From NCBI GenBank assembly GCA_000934665.2, contig JYFJ02003319.1, positions 1-43,616 of the forward strand: a stretch of DNA of 43,616 nt, written 5' to 3'. Made by a program: the position numbers and the translations under genes. This document shows positions 12,531-26,200 of the stretch, one piece after another; the stretch's first letter is position 1, and the number at the start of each line of letters is the position of its first letter. The DNA comes from Catajapyx aquilonaris. Its lineage: Eukaryota. Under the pieces are notes generated by a model that saw only the letters and a list, made by a program, of their open reading frames with translations, had not been told where the DNA came from and searched no databases.

Positions 12531-13921
12531 TTCGAGTGGTCGAACATTCCAACAAAAGGGTACGAAATTCACTGAATATTTACAACATTATCCGACCCCC
12601 TCATCTGAATCATTATGAAACGCTCTGGACAACCTAATGAGCACATTTTGTACGCGCAGGATATCATTGGGTTATCAAAAATATCGAGGATGTATGAAAA
12701 TGTGAGGGTCTTAGCAATCTCTTAGCTTACGTGTAAATAATGGCCGGTAATGTTATTACACAACCATACAATACAAATAACTCATACAGGCTATACTGCT
12801 ATCAAAAAAATGTCCGTTTGATGGCTTAAGGATGTAATTAATCGATCATCTTACTCCAGAATGTTTTTATATTTTTAATTCAACATACCATAATTATGAG
12901 TTAGCCGTTGCATTTAAAAAATATTTAACAAAGACAAAGCATTGTTACACGGTACAAGCTGAGTACTGTAACTTCGATTATGAAATTTGACGTGTCAAAA
13001 TTGTCCGTAACCCTTACATACGGTGCAGTATATGCGTGATAAAATATAATTTCTAACCTCTCTTTTTCTAAATATCAGGAAAGTGTATAAGGAAAAAGGG
13101 GAGTAATAAGCGCGTTTCGTGAAAATGTTACGCTGCTAGATATATTACTGTCCAGCACATTTACTTTTAAAAAAGGAGCATTACGTACAGGCCTAGCTAA
13201 CACACACGTCATATTATCTTACCTCCTGCATCTGGCTGCAAGTCACGCAGAAAAACGTCTGAACATAACAAAAGGACTAAAGCACTGATTTTTTTCAAAA
13301 GTCATATTATGCAAAATAAAATGTACGCGCCTTTCGTGCATATTTTCAGGAGCAATTGCATCATTTTTCAAACTGAATGGCAAATTAGATAGGTATAGGA
13401 AAACAGAGCGCCCTTCAACATGTCCTGAATTGAGAATACAGGTATAGCCCCTCCCCCCCCCCACCTCACAAACACTTGCCCGGACTTTTATGAAGAAGAA
13501 AAAAGTGGTTTATCCACACGCACGTCACTTACGTGTGTTTCAAGGGCGGGAGTCTGATTGGAGATAGCTAAAGGAGGATGAAAGTGAATTGCAAATTCTG
13601 ATTGCAGATGGAAAGATAGCAGGGAGGAGGTCTTTTGCAGAAGGTGTGAAATAGCTCGAAATGCAATTTGCTTAGTCATGGGTAACATTCCTATGAGGAG
13701 AGAGCCGTGCAGTATGTTCAGTTAACAGTGGTGCTGTTAAAAACAATGGTATATTCAATGACTATTTATTTATGCTCAGAAAAATAGCCCACCATTGATT
13801 TTCTACGAAGATGACTATTATTCTCAATGTGATGTAATCGAGGTTCATGTATTAATTATCCCACACGCATCATATAACTTACAATAGCCACTGTATAATA
13901 TGCATAATACAGTATGTATCA

Positions 13922-13997
<76 letters not shown>
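13922..13997. repeat. (ATT)n microsatellite
   Basis: Direct observation. Confidence 0.98.
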
Positions 13998-13999
<2 letters not shown>

Positions 14000-15094
14000 A
14001 GATATATGGCTGATTCTGAAAAAAAAAATCATTGGCTGGTAATTCTCATTTTCCAGTCGCAGAACAAATTAATGTAAGGTTACAGGTTACCATTAAAAAC
14101 TCTTATTACGTTGCGTAATTCTACAGAGGTGCAACATCATTACGCGGTAGGAGAAGTTGAGGCGAGGATTTCAAAAAGAGATTGCGCAATGAAGCAAAGA
14201 AATAACGGACTATAACTCGCTGTTGTTATTATTTTTTTGTGATTGCCTGCAAATGAAGAGACCTTGTGGCTTCTGGACAGATAGCAGGAACAAAGCTCGT
14301 CGCAAAACTTACCACAGACATGCTAATAGGATCGTATTAAATGACAGTTACCCAATACATTACTGCGCATTACAAGGCAGATGATGTTGGCAAGGCGTAG
14401 GGATAAAAATTAGTAATTCAATGTGACAACCTCCACTAGATGGCGAGATGGACATGGTGATGAGGCTCTCGGATTTGTGTCAGTCGTGTGCTGGCCTCGG
14501 CTGAGGCTAGACCAATAAACAGGTTGTTGGCAACTTGTGTATTATTGGACCCCGACTACGACCCTGAGGTGACCTCGCGGAGTCAGGAGTGATGACCTAG
14601 TGCTTCAGTGTGGATGGCCTCACAATTACAAAAAAAAAATCATATATATAAGACGTCAATATTTTTTACCCGACACGATATGAGCACATCCCTAATTACA
14701 TTATTATACATTACCATATAATCAGTTTCACAATCTTCAATAACTTCTCCACAAGGTAACGGCATGCATCCTATAGCCCACGGATGCAGCCTTCACCACA
14801 CAACACAGTAATAGCCTACTACTTATCACTTCATGTTTGTTTTTCCTGACCATTACTTGATTTAATATCCTCACGAGTCACGAGTCTTCTTTATGTACTG
14901 TACTTGAATATGCAGAGTGTAGGAAAAGGTGAGCATTTCTGCTTCTCTAAGACGAAGTTGCTCTTGTTACGTCTCCATTATGGAGATAATTCCTTGCCAT
15001 GCAATATGTTGTTTTACCACCCACAAAAATACGCCTTTATTAAATATTTGAAAGTCGATGATGGAGTTTTGAAAAGTTGAGGTAACGGGATAAT

Positions 15095-15203
15095 CCGCCG
15101 AAACTCTTTCCACACATGAGAAAATCCTCTGTCAGATCCAGGGATTGAATTCAGGGCCTGAGAACCTATGGTGATGCCTAACCTAAACCCCTACGCCACA
15201 TCC
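15095..15203 (-). mobile_element. Degenerate tRNA-derived SINE head
   Basis: Minus strand: A-like box TGGCGTAGGGG, B-like box GAATTCAATCC, and GAGGATTTTCTC shared with the 17500 element. Confidence 0.4.
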
Positions 15204-16683
15204 CTAAGATATGAAATATCCTGTTGGTTATGCTACCTTCCAACCGCCCACGGCAGCCATACGGGTAAGTACTGTACTTTCCCGACCGTTCGCATGGACA
15301 TAACAGATCCGAAATTGACTTGTGACTCTACTCTACTGTACGTCGGTAATTAAGAGTGATTTTGCCTACAGCTTGGAAAGAAACTTATAGGTACGAGGGC
15401 TCAGTTCGTACCAACATTAATCATTGGTTTTGGGTTATCGTTCAAACTTTTTAAAGTGAAAGTACTCCACCCTTCGTCTGGGAAATAATTAACGAAGTTA
15501 CGCAAGGAGTATGGAATTTTCGATAAAGATATTCCGAAATATCTGAAAAGTAACATAATAATGTATGATCAAATTCCCAGGTATGAAGGCTCTTTTAAAA
15601 CTAATATGCCATGGAAAGTACTGTAATACATATTCCATCTGTCATATCCTACCCCTAAATTCTAAAAAAGTAGGTGTGCTCGACCTTCAAACATTTAACC
15701 TCAGGCCAGAAATGATGCTTGTTCCACCGTTTTGCACAACAAGGTGTTGGTTACAAATTTTTCAAACAAAATACGCTATTATTCGCAACTGAGACGGGAA
15801 ATTTGTTAAATTTATCACTCAGGGTCAGGTGTCAAATTTGGGTCCTGCATTGTCTTATTTTTTCTATAAATGTGACCCGTCCTTGGTTCCGATTTTAAGT
15901 GTGAAATGGGTGGATTCCCATTTCTGTCCAACCACAGAAAAAAAGGAGACCCTCCCCTAATAACAGTAATGTCACGCACTATCACGTGTGTGATGCGAGA
16001 CATTACCATGCGTGTAACGGTACCGAAGGATTTTTTGTCTACTATTTATTTACAATGGTAGGCGAACGCCAAAAATTGCAACACGGAGAGCAAGAATAAC
16101 TTGAACAAAAGGCATTTAGACACGCTTATCTGATACGAACGGCCTTTAAAATCAGCTGCTCGAAAAAGCATTTTCATGACTTCTTGAGCAATAAAAGACG
16201 GTGCGTGCAGTACACGGTTGTTGTTGTTGCTGGTCAGTCATGTTTGTCAAGTTTGTGAATGGGAATATGTTCCGACACGACGTGTCATATTCTGTTTTCG
16301 ATGTAGTTTATTGACCTGCGAACCGGAAAGTGTATTTGGGTCTTGCAAAACTGCCACTATACAGTACAGTACACCTTTTGGTTCTATCACTTCCTCTTTT
16401 TTTACACATAGATAATGAATTAAATCAGTCACGATCCGACCTTGCGATGGTCACTCTTTTAAAGGCTACTGCTATTACGTAAAATAACCTTGGATTCACT
16501 CGCACGCAAATTGTCAAATAATGCCTATTTAATTTAAACATGTATTAAGAGCCTATTAGGTGCGAACGTGTTATTTATTATAACATTCAATTCCTGTTCA
16601 GTCAGCGTGACGAACAGGTTACGTATTACAAAGGAAAGATGTCTAGTACCGTTGTCCGCATATTGCGTTTTTGTGTTTGTGGT

Positions 16684-16698
16684 ATTATTATTATTATT

Positions 16699-16763
<65 letters not shown>

Positions 16764-17229
16764 TATTATTATTATTATTATTATCATCATTATTATTATT
16801 ATCATCATCATTATTATTATTATCATCATTATTATTATTATCATCATTATCATTATCATTTTATTTTATTTTATTTTTTATTTTATTTTATTTTTGCATT
16901 ACCCCATTGGGATTTATAATATCCTTTAGGGGGGTGGATTACCACCATCAGAAATTGGAGCCATATAAGAAGCTCTTAATTAATTACTCCAGGGTAGGTA
17001 GGAGGGGATGTGCAAAGTGCAAGTGCAATGCCTCTAATGGTCATTTTGTGAGCTCCCCCGGGTGGCTTAGTCTGTCGGAAATTGCCACTCGAAATGAAGC
17101 CAGAGATGGCCCAACTCTGCACGGATAAAGGTGGGAACCCCGGGTGGGGATCGAACCCGTGACCTTAATATCTGAGCGTTACCGCTGCGCCACTTCACCT
17201 CCCCGTTATAATCATCATCATCATCATCA

Positions 17230-17290
<61 letters not shown>
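16684..17290. repeat. Compound (ATT)n/(ATC)n microsatellite interrupted by a SINE
   Basis: Tracts at 16684-16860 and 17207-17290. Confidence 0.95.
16858..17204 (-). mobile_element. tRNA-derived SINE, second family, with (AAAAT)n tail
   Basis: Minus strand: A box TGGCGCAGCGG, B box GGTTCGATCCC; the body is unrelated to the 4311 SINE; A-rich tail. Confidence 0.85.
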
Positions 17291-17292
<2 letters not shown>

Positions 17293-17499
17293 CTCTGAGA
17301 ATCTCTGGCGTTTAATTGCCACTTTGGTGCATCCCACAGTTTGTGCATGCAATATGCAGATATGTAATCACCTGCACTATTTGGTGCGAGTTAGAAGGTA
17401 AGGTAGATCATCTACGGGATTACCTTCTAACCATTTTAAGTTAAAATAGTGTATTCAATGACTTATTGCTATTGTGAGGGTTCTCTACTTGTACAGTAC

Positions 17500-17720
17500 G
17501 TGACATATAGTGGTTAAGTCTACAGCAGTATCATCTCTGGGGTCCCGAGTTCGATCCACGGGTTGAGCGGAGCAGGGTACTGTCCATGATGGTCTCTCTC
17601 CGTGCTTGCGAGGATTTTCTCGGAGGTTCTCTAGGTCTGCGCCCTTCCCTCACTCTAAAAAATAAGACACCAACACTATAGGACAAAAAATAAGCGCCGT
17701 GTGTTTAAACGGCATTTAAT
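17500..17720 (+). mobile_element. Degenerate tRNA-derived SINE, third type
   Basis: TAGTGGTTAAG (A-box part), GAGTTCGATCC B box, and a GTGCTTGCGAGGATTTTCTCGGAGGTTCTC core-like tract. Confidence 0.55.
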
Positions 17721-19785
17721 ATAGGAGATTGGGTGTCGTTGCTGTTGAAAACACGTCATGGGTAATAATAATAACCATATATTCAAATTACACTACATAT
17801 TGCATACAGGTAGAATACTACTGAGCCTGGTAGCACACACTGTCACTGTGAGATGACATGTGAGACGAACTTACGTCTACTCCTGGGAAGGTCACTGGTC
17901 ATGATCTCATCCTCTTGACAACACGTGGAAATTGAGGAAGTTGTAACAATCAAGACATACGTACGTATAAACATCCGTATTTTCGCCAAATTGGAATTTC
18001 CCTCTCCCCCCATTCCTGCCCCCTTCCTTCTATCCCCTTCCCCCACTTTTCCCCCAACCTTTTCTCCAGATTGACTCGACCAAAAAACAAGGACACTTAG
18101 TTCGGGTCAGCGACTACTCCAGCCATTCACCAAAATTAGGAGAACAATAGAGGCCGATTGTTGTGGAAATATAAGAAGGGATCCAAGGATGCCGAGGCAT
18201 GTCCAAAATGATGTAGGCCACTAGAGCAATACTTTGCCACGATTCTTGATTTCCAACGCATTTTCGAAAGAAAAAAAAAAAAGCGGAAAAGAAATAAGTT
18301 ACGAGAGCAACCTCGGTACAATGGGTTCGGTGCTGTTACATGTATCTCGGTGTTAAATAAGTCCCGGTTCGTGACAGGTGAACTTGGACTACTGACCCAA
18401 TTCCAAAAAAAACGTTAAGTCTTGAGGGACTTCGTTCTTTTTTCCCTTTTGGATTATACGAGCTTCCTTGTTCACCTGTTTCACCTTCTTTTTTTTCACT
18501 GTTTCCCATCGCAGAGTGTTTCCGTGATTTGGTGACGGAATTCAGCGTGAGAATTCGCCCTGGAAGAGATTCACTTCGTGTGAACCCCTTTTCCTACTCA
18601 TGAACATGATGGTAGTACTTTCCACATAGACCGATTTTTATCATACTTGCTCAGGCCAACCAGGTCTGAGAAAGGGGGACTTAAGTAAATCACCTTTATG
18701 TAACTGTTTCCTCTTTCAAAGCACGTTAATTTGTGTCCTCTTGACTACTTTCAATTTCATCTTGAGGTTGTGTTTGTCACTTTTGTAAGGTTACTTATTT
18801 AAATATACTTATTTTGTTTAATTAAGTATGAAAGTAGATGACGCCAAAGATGAGCTTGCCTTAATTGCTGAATATGAGTCGAATGTATTTTTAAATGGAA
18901 GTGCCATGTGTGATTGCAACACATTTAATTTCATAATTATGTAAGAGTTTTTACAACAGAATTCACACAAAAATTATCATGATTGTCAATTTTGTTCACT
19001 TTTAGCATGTTAATGTACAGAGAGTACTTTTTGCATGCCCAACACTGCTGACAGGTATCATAAAATTGTATTGTCATTTCCGCAAAGTGTCTTCTCTCTT
19101 GCATAATCAGAACATCCTATCAGAGGCTTTTGTTTGTTTATTGGCTCATATAGTTGCTCAAGTTAGAACATATTAGATTTTAATGCTACGATTTTTTTTT
19201 GTTCTGCACCGTACATTTAAAAATGTGGAGATAATTTTAATTGAAGTTTTTAGTACAGTACATGATTCGAACATTTACAATCCAAGTAAATTTTTTGGAA
19301 ATTGAGGGTCACGCAAATCAGTTGGAAGGCAAAGATAGCATCGGTGGCCTCTCATGCAATCAGTATGCTGTCTTGCCCAATACCAAAGTTTTATTCTTAA
19401 AAGTGGTTTTTTTTAACCACCTCCAGCAATGGGCCTTGAATTATTAACACAGCAACCACCACATGACTAACACTTTCATGAGGATAGTAAAAGACTGACC
19501 TTGCTCTTGGGAAAATGCTCTTAATCATCTTTCCAACAAAGAAGATGGCCAGTGACGTCATGGACGAATACTTGGCATGCAATTTAAGATGTGGTTGAAA
19601 AAACATGATAACAAGTTATACCAACAATCGAATTAGTGGTGAATAAATTGGCCCCTTGGTACTAAATGGAGGCTTATGTTTTTGACCCTTGCAGTTAACT
19701 AGTGGTTAAGTGACACTATATTTGGTACAAAAATGCTCCTCACCAGTGATTAATTTTCCTCTGTAGAGGAAAATTAAAGTCCTAT

Positions 19786-19930
19786 ACAGGGTATTTCACA
19801 ATGTTTATACACTAGGTGACTTACTCAATGTCAGAAGGTCAGTATATTATGTTGTCGAGGTAACATTTGATCTCCGCAGTCTCGTTACTGAGATAATGGG
19901 CTTGAAAACAAGGTATATGCGTGATCTTGC
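19786..19930 (+). mobile_element. Tc1/mariner-type MITE, left arm
   Basis: TA|CAGGGTATTTCAC start and atctccgcagtctcgttactgagataatgggc, the reverse complement of 37945-37980. Confidence 0.55.
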
Positions 19931-21759
19931 CTATTAAATAATTAAATAAACTTAAGTATGACCATGCAATTTTATTGGGACTGCACAATCTCATTAGTAG
20001 AGATGGAAGTGTCGTAGGATTTATCCGCGAAAAAAGAATTTGCATCGTGTACTCTATGATTAGTGACAATTATATCAAAAAAAGAGACCTTGGAACCAAA
20101 TGACATCCTCTGGTTCCCAGTAGTTCATTTTAGACGTTTGTCTGAATCATTATCAAACAACCTACAGTATATAGTGTAAAGTCTAGAACAGGTTTTCCGC
20201 AGCATCTTTTCATGTGCGTTTCAATGCAAAAGATTTTTATATTACGCAACGACAGTAGTGAAAATAAATAATAATTTCGATTCATATAACAGCCTGAACC
20301 AACTCTGCTACTTGCATGTTATGTCGCACAACATATTCAAGGTGACTTTACTATATACATATGCTACAGACTAATCACTAATGTCTTTTATTCTGTAAAC
20401 ACGGCTCTATTAAAATATTACTAACTTTTCGGGTGCATTCATCAATCAAGGTTATCAATAGTAGTAAATCAATGGATTATAATTTTACTTACTATTTAAC
20501 TGATGGAGGAAGCTTGATATGAACCAAAATATCTACGTGAGTTTCCCTTTACATAGTGAAGTAAGTCCTTTCCATTGCCGGATCAAGAAAGTACTTTTAG
20601 GGGGAAAATATTTTAATAATAAAACAAAACAAAAAAAAACTGCTTACTGACTTCATGCAGTTCCAGTCACCAATTTTTATGTTCTTATACAAGTACACCT
20701 TATGCAGCGGGCATCAAATAATTAGGTTTCCGAAGTGGTTAGCGATTTTTGACAGTAAGCCGCTTATCATTAGGCAGGACACTTCCATCCCTATCCCGCT
20801 ATCACCATATTTTTTGTGACTCTCCTCTGACATGAGTTGACTAGCCCCGGTCCAGCTCCAGTGGAGCATCGCATTTTTTATGGATTCTGAATAAAAATGA
20901 GGTGGCATAAAAGGTTTATTAACTATAGAAGTACGACATATTGGAGGTTATTTTAAAATCATAATTGGGCAGTTGGAGGCTATACAGATAAGGCAGTAAG
21001 GGGGCAGGGTTTCTAAACCCCGGAGCTTTTTCGCCTTCTGAGGGCTCCACATTCCATTAACGCAAATATATTCTACACTACAGAAACATGTGATTTAATA
21101 TTCGTAGCAGGACTGGGCTAGGCGGATCCCATGGGCGGAACCAGCACTCTTTTTTCTTTAGGTGTCTGGGTATGAGCAAGCAAACTAATAACCTGATATA
21201 GCAACCCCTGATATAAACGTGGCTAATTGTTTCATTCTAACTGGGCAAACCGCCATAAAGACAAAAATATGAAACTCAGATATGTTGAAGATATATGTCA
21301 GCTAAATCGCTTTTTTCTGCTTAAAAACGATAACGTCGGCCTTGCAGCTGTGTATATAGAATATGAAGGGCGGCTAATGAAAGCCGCATTTTATAGTCTT
21401 AATTAATAGAAAATAAAAATATGATCTTAATAATTGCGTTGTTTCCAGTAGGCTATTTACATTCTGACACTTGCATTTCATTTTGGTTTTTTATCATTGC
21501 TCTCCTTTATGGCGACTTGCTCCAACGATTTAAGTCTAGCCCGTTGACTGTAAAGCGAGATGCAAAAATATTTCGTCGCCACCATCCCAGCCTTGATTAC
21601 ACCTCGGGGCTTCCCCAGCATCCCTGGTCCAGACACCCGTCCTTCATTGCTCAATCAGCATTCATCCTCCCCAAAGGACACCACAAATTTTTTTTTAAAT
21701 GAAAAAGTGAGGCAGTCTGGCCCACCGAATTCATCTGAAAAATTCCCATCCGAATTCAT

Positions 21760-22129
21760 CCCTGAATGGACCCACGTGTCTGCTGCCCCTAACCGTCCAC
21801 CAGAAGCGCTGGCGCCAACGAGTAGGCGTGGCCTGTTAGGAAGAAGCAGGCTACCGGTTGGCAGCCCTGGCTCGTGACGCGCGCTGATTCTCCTGCGAGC
21901 AGGCGATACCTACCTGCCTTCTATACTACTTACTGGCCGCACAGCAATCCAGAGGAGAGAGTCTCTCTGTATTGGTGTCTCAGTGCATACCATGGGTACA
22001 CACTGACTCTGTGCTCTGTATACACCGCGATGAAGTCCACGTTGTAATAGAAGGGGACACTAGTGGAGATATACGTTTCTTGTTTTCGATTGAATTATTT
22101 TTCGGAGGAGCAGCATCAGTCCTTTCAAG
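21760..22129 (+). promoter_or_regulatory. Putative SR-B core promoter and 5' UTR
   Basis: Locally CpG-rich, with E-box CACGTG (~21773), TGACG (~21875), a GAGAG tract (~21955) and an arthropod Inr-like TCAGT at 21980-21984, 150 nt before the ATG. Confidence 0.45.
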
Positions 22130-22154
22130 ATGACCAAGAGGACCTGCTGTGTTG
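22130..22154 (+). CDS. SR-B coding exon 1 (MTKRTCCV+G, phase 1)
   Basis: ATG in the context caagATG, followed by a strong G|gtgagt donor. Phase 1 fits exon 2 and gives MTKRTCCVVLLILTG..., a short basic/Cys cytoplasmic N-terminus like that of CD36. Confidence 0.75.
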
Positions 22155-23189
22155 GTGAGTTTTGTACCGAGAAGGGGGGGGGGGGGGTTCAAACCGTGCC
22201 ACTTTCGCCTCTTTGGCCCACAAAAGAAGGAAAGGGGGAATTCTTTTTTCGATCACCTGGGGCTCACCTGTGCCGGTCGGTTCCATACAAAATATTTGGG
22301 ACAATTGTTATATCATGAGAAGGGCTAAATGGTCCGTGGTATTGGTTTTTCGGAGCGGTGGTGGTTGTGGCGAACACTTGTTGCATCACGGTCCTTTTTG
22401 TATCGTTCAGCCATGGTTTATTGCAGTCAGCGGCGCGAGCTGCAATAATGGTCCAATCTCTTTAACAGCATGGCCAGGCTCCGAATTCAATGAATGTACT
22501 AGCATAGCTGTAACCTGAAGCTAATTGTTTCATATTGAACTTTTAAAGCACAATAATTTTATTATCATTGCATATATACGTATAAATAACAACAATGCTG
22601 TCCAAACTGTTAACCATATTGAACGTCGCGCAGTTAAAAATGGCCATGTAAATGTGAAATATCAGCCTGTTTTGTGATCTGAATGACATGGTGTCAGCTG
22701 GAGTGGTTCAAGTGCATTCTATCAGTTTGAGAAAAAAATACTGTCTATGAAGACTGTAGATAAGGAGCATGAATAATCCATATGGGAACATTGTTATACC
22801 GATGTTGTTTTTAGCTTGAACTGCAGGACAATGGTTTCTGAGAATTACACCGATCATTGAACGGCACACACATATGCTATCACACAAGCTGGCATATAAT
22901 AAAACGATAATTCGTACAGCATCCTCACATCTAAACAATCGTATACAACAGCCTAATAAAATTAGTATCAAAACAAAAAAAATACTTCCAGGAATATCCA
23001 TGTATCCATCTGCTCAAATCTGGAAAAATTAGCCACGTGGCACCCCCCAAAATTACAGATTGTATTTTGAGCAACCTGTTCGGGAATCGATCCGAAAAGT
23101 TTCGTCACCTGTAGGTATCTCTCTCTGCGCATGTTTCATAACAAGCACCCCTCCCCTGCCTCCCTCCCTAAAGAGTGAAAGCACCCGGG

Positions 23190-23254
<65 letters not shown>

Positions 23255-26200
23255 CTCTCATTTACTTTAGTGAAGGCTGTGCCAGGCGTTCTTCCTCATA
23301 GGATTTTGCCAAGCTCTGTTCTCAAAGGGATGGGGAGGAGGAGGGGGAGTTGGGGAGTGGTTGTTGAGAGGGTCAAAACCCGTAAAGTCCTCGGTTCACC
23401 AGATAACGGGATTCTATCGGAAGGGGACTATATATAGGGTGGAAAATGTCTGAGTTGAGGTCGAAAATATTTCTTCAAACGGACAAGGTCGTTAGGGGGG
23501 AAAAAATATATTTGAAGCGCGACGTTTTGGCTCATACTGTACATGCGCGGCATAATTCAATCAGAAATTTTGTAACAATGAGGATTGTGCAATAGGATGA
23601 AAATTTAATATTGTGACAAATATGCGGGAAGGACGACTGTTGCTGAATAATAGTAGATAGGTCAAATGAATCATATCTTATACTAGCAGATGGCGGATTC
23701 AAGGATAGTTTGCCTTCATTGTTGATAATTTCAATGCATTATTCACTGAATCATCCTGTCGTGTAATATGACACGCACGTTTGGATAATCTGACACATTT
23801 TTAATGAATATAACAATATGCTAAGAAATGATTAAATATGTGGAGAAGAGCTCAACAATGGAGCCTTGTATAGTTTTTATGGTCGATTCGTTTGTTTCTC
23901 AGTCGCGATATATAGCCGAAAAGTGCGATGATGCAGGGCTGCCAACCCACTGGCGTTACCACACAAGCGCACCCAAAACGACGGGGACCATTTCCGCGTT
24001 ACACAAGTGGCTTGAACACTCTTTGTCAATAGCAGTACAGTCATGATCAGGATCCAGTATCCAACTAGTGCAATGGGTTTTCTCGGACGGCAACTTTTTC
24101 TCTCGCACTTTTTCTTCTTGCAGCCGTCTGCTGTTTTCACGGCTTGCCAACTTGCTGGCAATAAACTTTCACGCATCTTCAGAAACCGAGCATGTTTTTT
24201 TAAATAAAAAAATAATTAAAATACTTTCAAATTACACACTTTTTGACGAGAGTGTGCGGATATTTTTCTGGAGATACCGGTTGCAAATCCGGTTATAAAT
24301 GTCATCCCCTCCTTATATCTCCTCAACCTTCCTTTTCCTGAAGTGGTGTCTCAACCTGGTAGGAAATGGTTGGCTTTTCCGTAATATATTTTCTAGTCGA
24401 GGATATTTTGTTCTAGAATGGAGAAAAAAAATAATAATGGGTGGATTAGTCACTAAGTGATGTGATCACAAGATACGCAACCGGAAAAATTGTCGCGCAA
24501 ATAATAATAGAGGAAGAAATCTGTCGGCGATAAAATTTCAAGGTCAGTCCAAATTTAGATATGGAAGACAATACCAATACGGTGGCAATAAAACGTGAGA
24601 GCAATATGTGTCTGAATTAAATTATTCTCACTGTGAAAGGAAAAAAAAATACGTCTTTGTAAGAAAAGTCACTGGTTGGCATTGGGAATCATTTGCTCGT
24701 TAAATTGTAATGAGAAAAATTTGAATACGTTAATGATGGCTTAAATGTCTTGGACAGCCGACGTTAAACCTTGACTAATAATGCATAATAGCGAGTTTAT
24801 GGCTGTACAAGTAATATCAAGGTTAATGAAATTGCCGAGCACCATTTCTGGTTGCCTGAGCCAGGTGAGAAAAATATCTATTGGGATCGCATGAAAGGTC
24901 ATTTTTCCAGGGAACTATTCAAAATGCATCGCATACCAAGCCTGATATAATCCCACTGATAATAATAATAGTAAACAAATTGAATTTACGATTACATCTC
25001 TTATCTACGTAATTTGTGAATACAAGATATACTTAGACAATTACACAGGGTCGTGCGCTATCCTGTATAGTCTCAGTCCAAGAGGAAAAGGTATATGAAT
25101 TGTTTGCCCCAACTACCAGTTGAAAGTTGGAAGCAAATTGTTTAGAGTAAACAAACCCTGCAACTGCTACCCCCGATCCTCCTTGACCCGAGGGCATGGA
25201 TACACCGTAATTTATGTTATAATGTATTTTTCTAATGCACATTATTTTGTTCTCCTTAGAATGGTTTACAACAATTTCAGCGTACCGTTTATCTTTTATT
25301 CTTGTCTGTGAAAGTGTTAAGTATAGATTGCAGGTTCCATTTGTCTTTTATATATATATATAAACAGTGCGTAACGTATAGTTGTCAGTAACACTCTAGC
25401 CTACGGCATGGCATTATGCACTTTCAGGTGACATTCCTGCGGGAAGTTAGGAACAATGACTAAGTACTTAAGCCTTTATGCCTCGGGTTATCGTCACTAT
25501 CTTGCGGAATGAGCTACTCTCGCAGCAAAAACAATAAAAACGCTTAGACGAAATGTAAAACTGGTGATATATTTTGGTACAGCATGTACTGTACTACCGG
25601 TTTTTTTTTGCCACAACTATGTGGTCACCTAGAGCCAGAAATAAACCGGAGACAAATGTTTGTTTCAAGTCATCGTGACATTTCACGATCCGTGTCTACA
25701 AGTCGTAATGACATTTCTGGTTGGCAATTGTTGTGGCACATATATACATTCAAATATGAATAATCCCTAACAGATCAAAATCCGGACAATCTCATCTTCG
25801 CTGTAGTATACGTCCAGTGTTCTTAACCCAGTAGACTACTTAAATCCTCCTTTTTGCGTAACCTTCCTGTTTAGAGCGTGGTCGAAACTCGGTACTTTCA
25901 CTTTTGAGGCGCACCAACACTTGGCTAAAGGCTAGGCACCATATTAATAATGAAGCAGAAAGAGAGAGAAAAGGCGGGTACTTTAAAAAGGACAGTTTTC
26001 ATAGGGATGTAAACGACCCGATCGCCTTGGAAAGGATCTAAAGAGACATGACCTACAGTGTACTAACTTGCCTTGATCTACTAAAATTATTCTTTCCCTG
26101 CCGTAAGCCTGTACGCTGTCCTATTTAGGGTCTCATCTCAAGTAGATGGATATTCCGAGTTTTTTGGCTATTTATTTACATATGGAAAAAAGTGAAAGCG

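Noticed and set aside
16568..17401. Long poly-Ser/Ile/His/Tyr/Asn ORFs
   Set aside because: They are translations of (ATT)/(ATC) microsatellites and a SINE.
20714..20908. PPHFYSESIK...W as a mariner transposase C-terminus
   Set aside because: The similarity is too short and weak to support without an alignment.
24299..24358. ATG...CTG|gtagga as an alternative SR-B first exon
   Set aside because: The donor is phase 0, while exon 2 needs phase 1.
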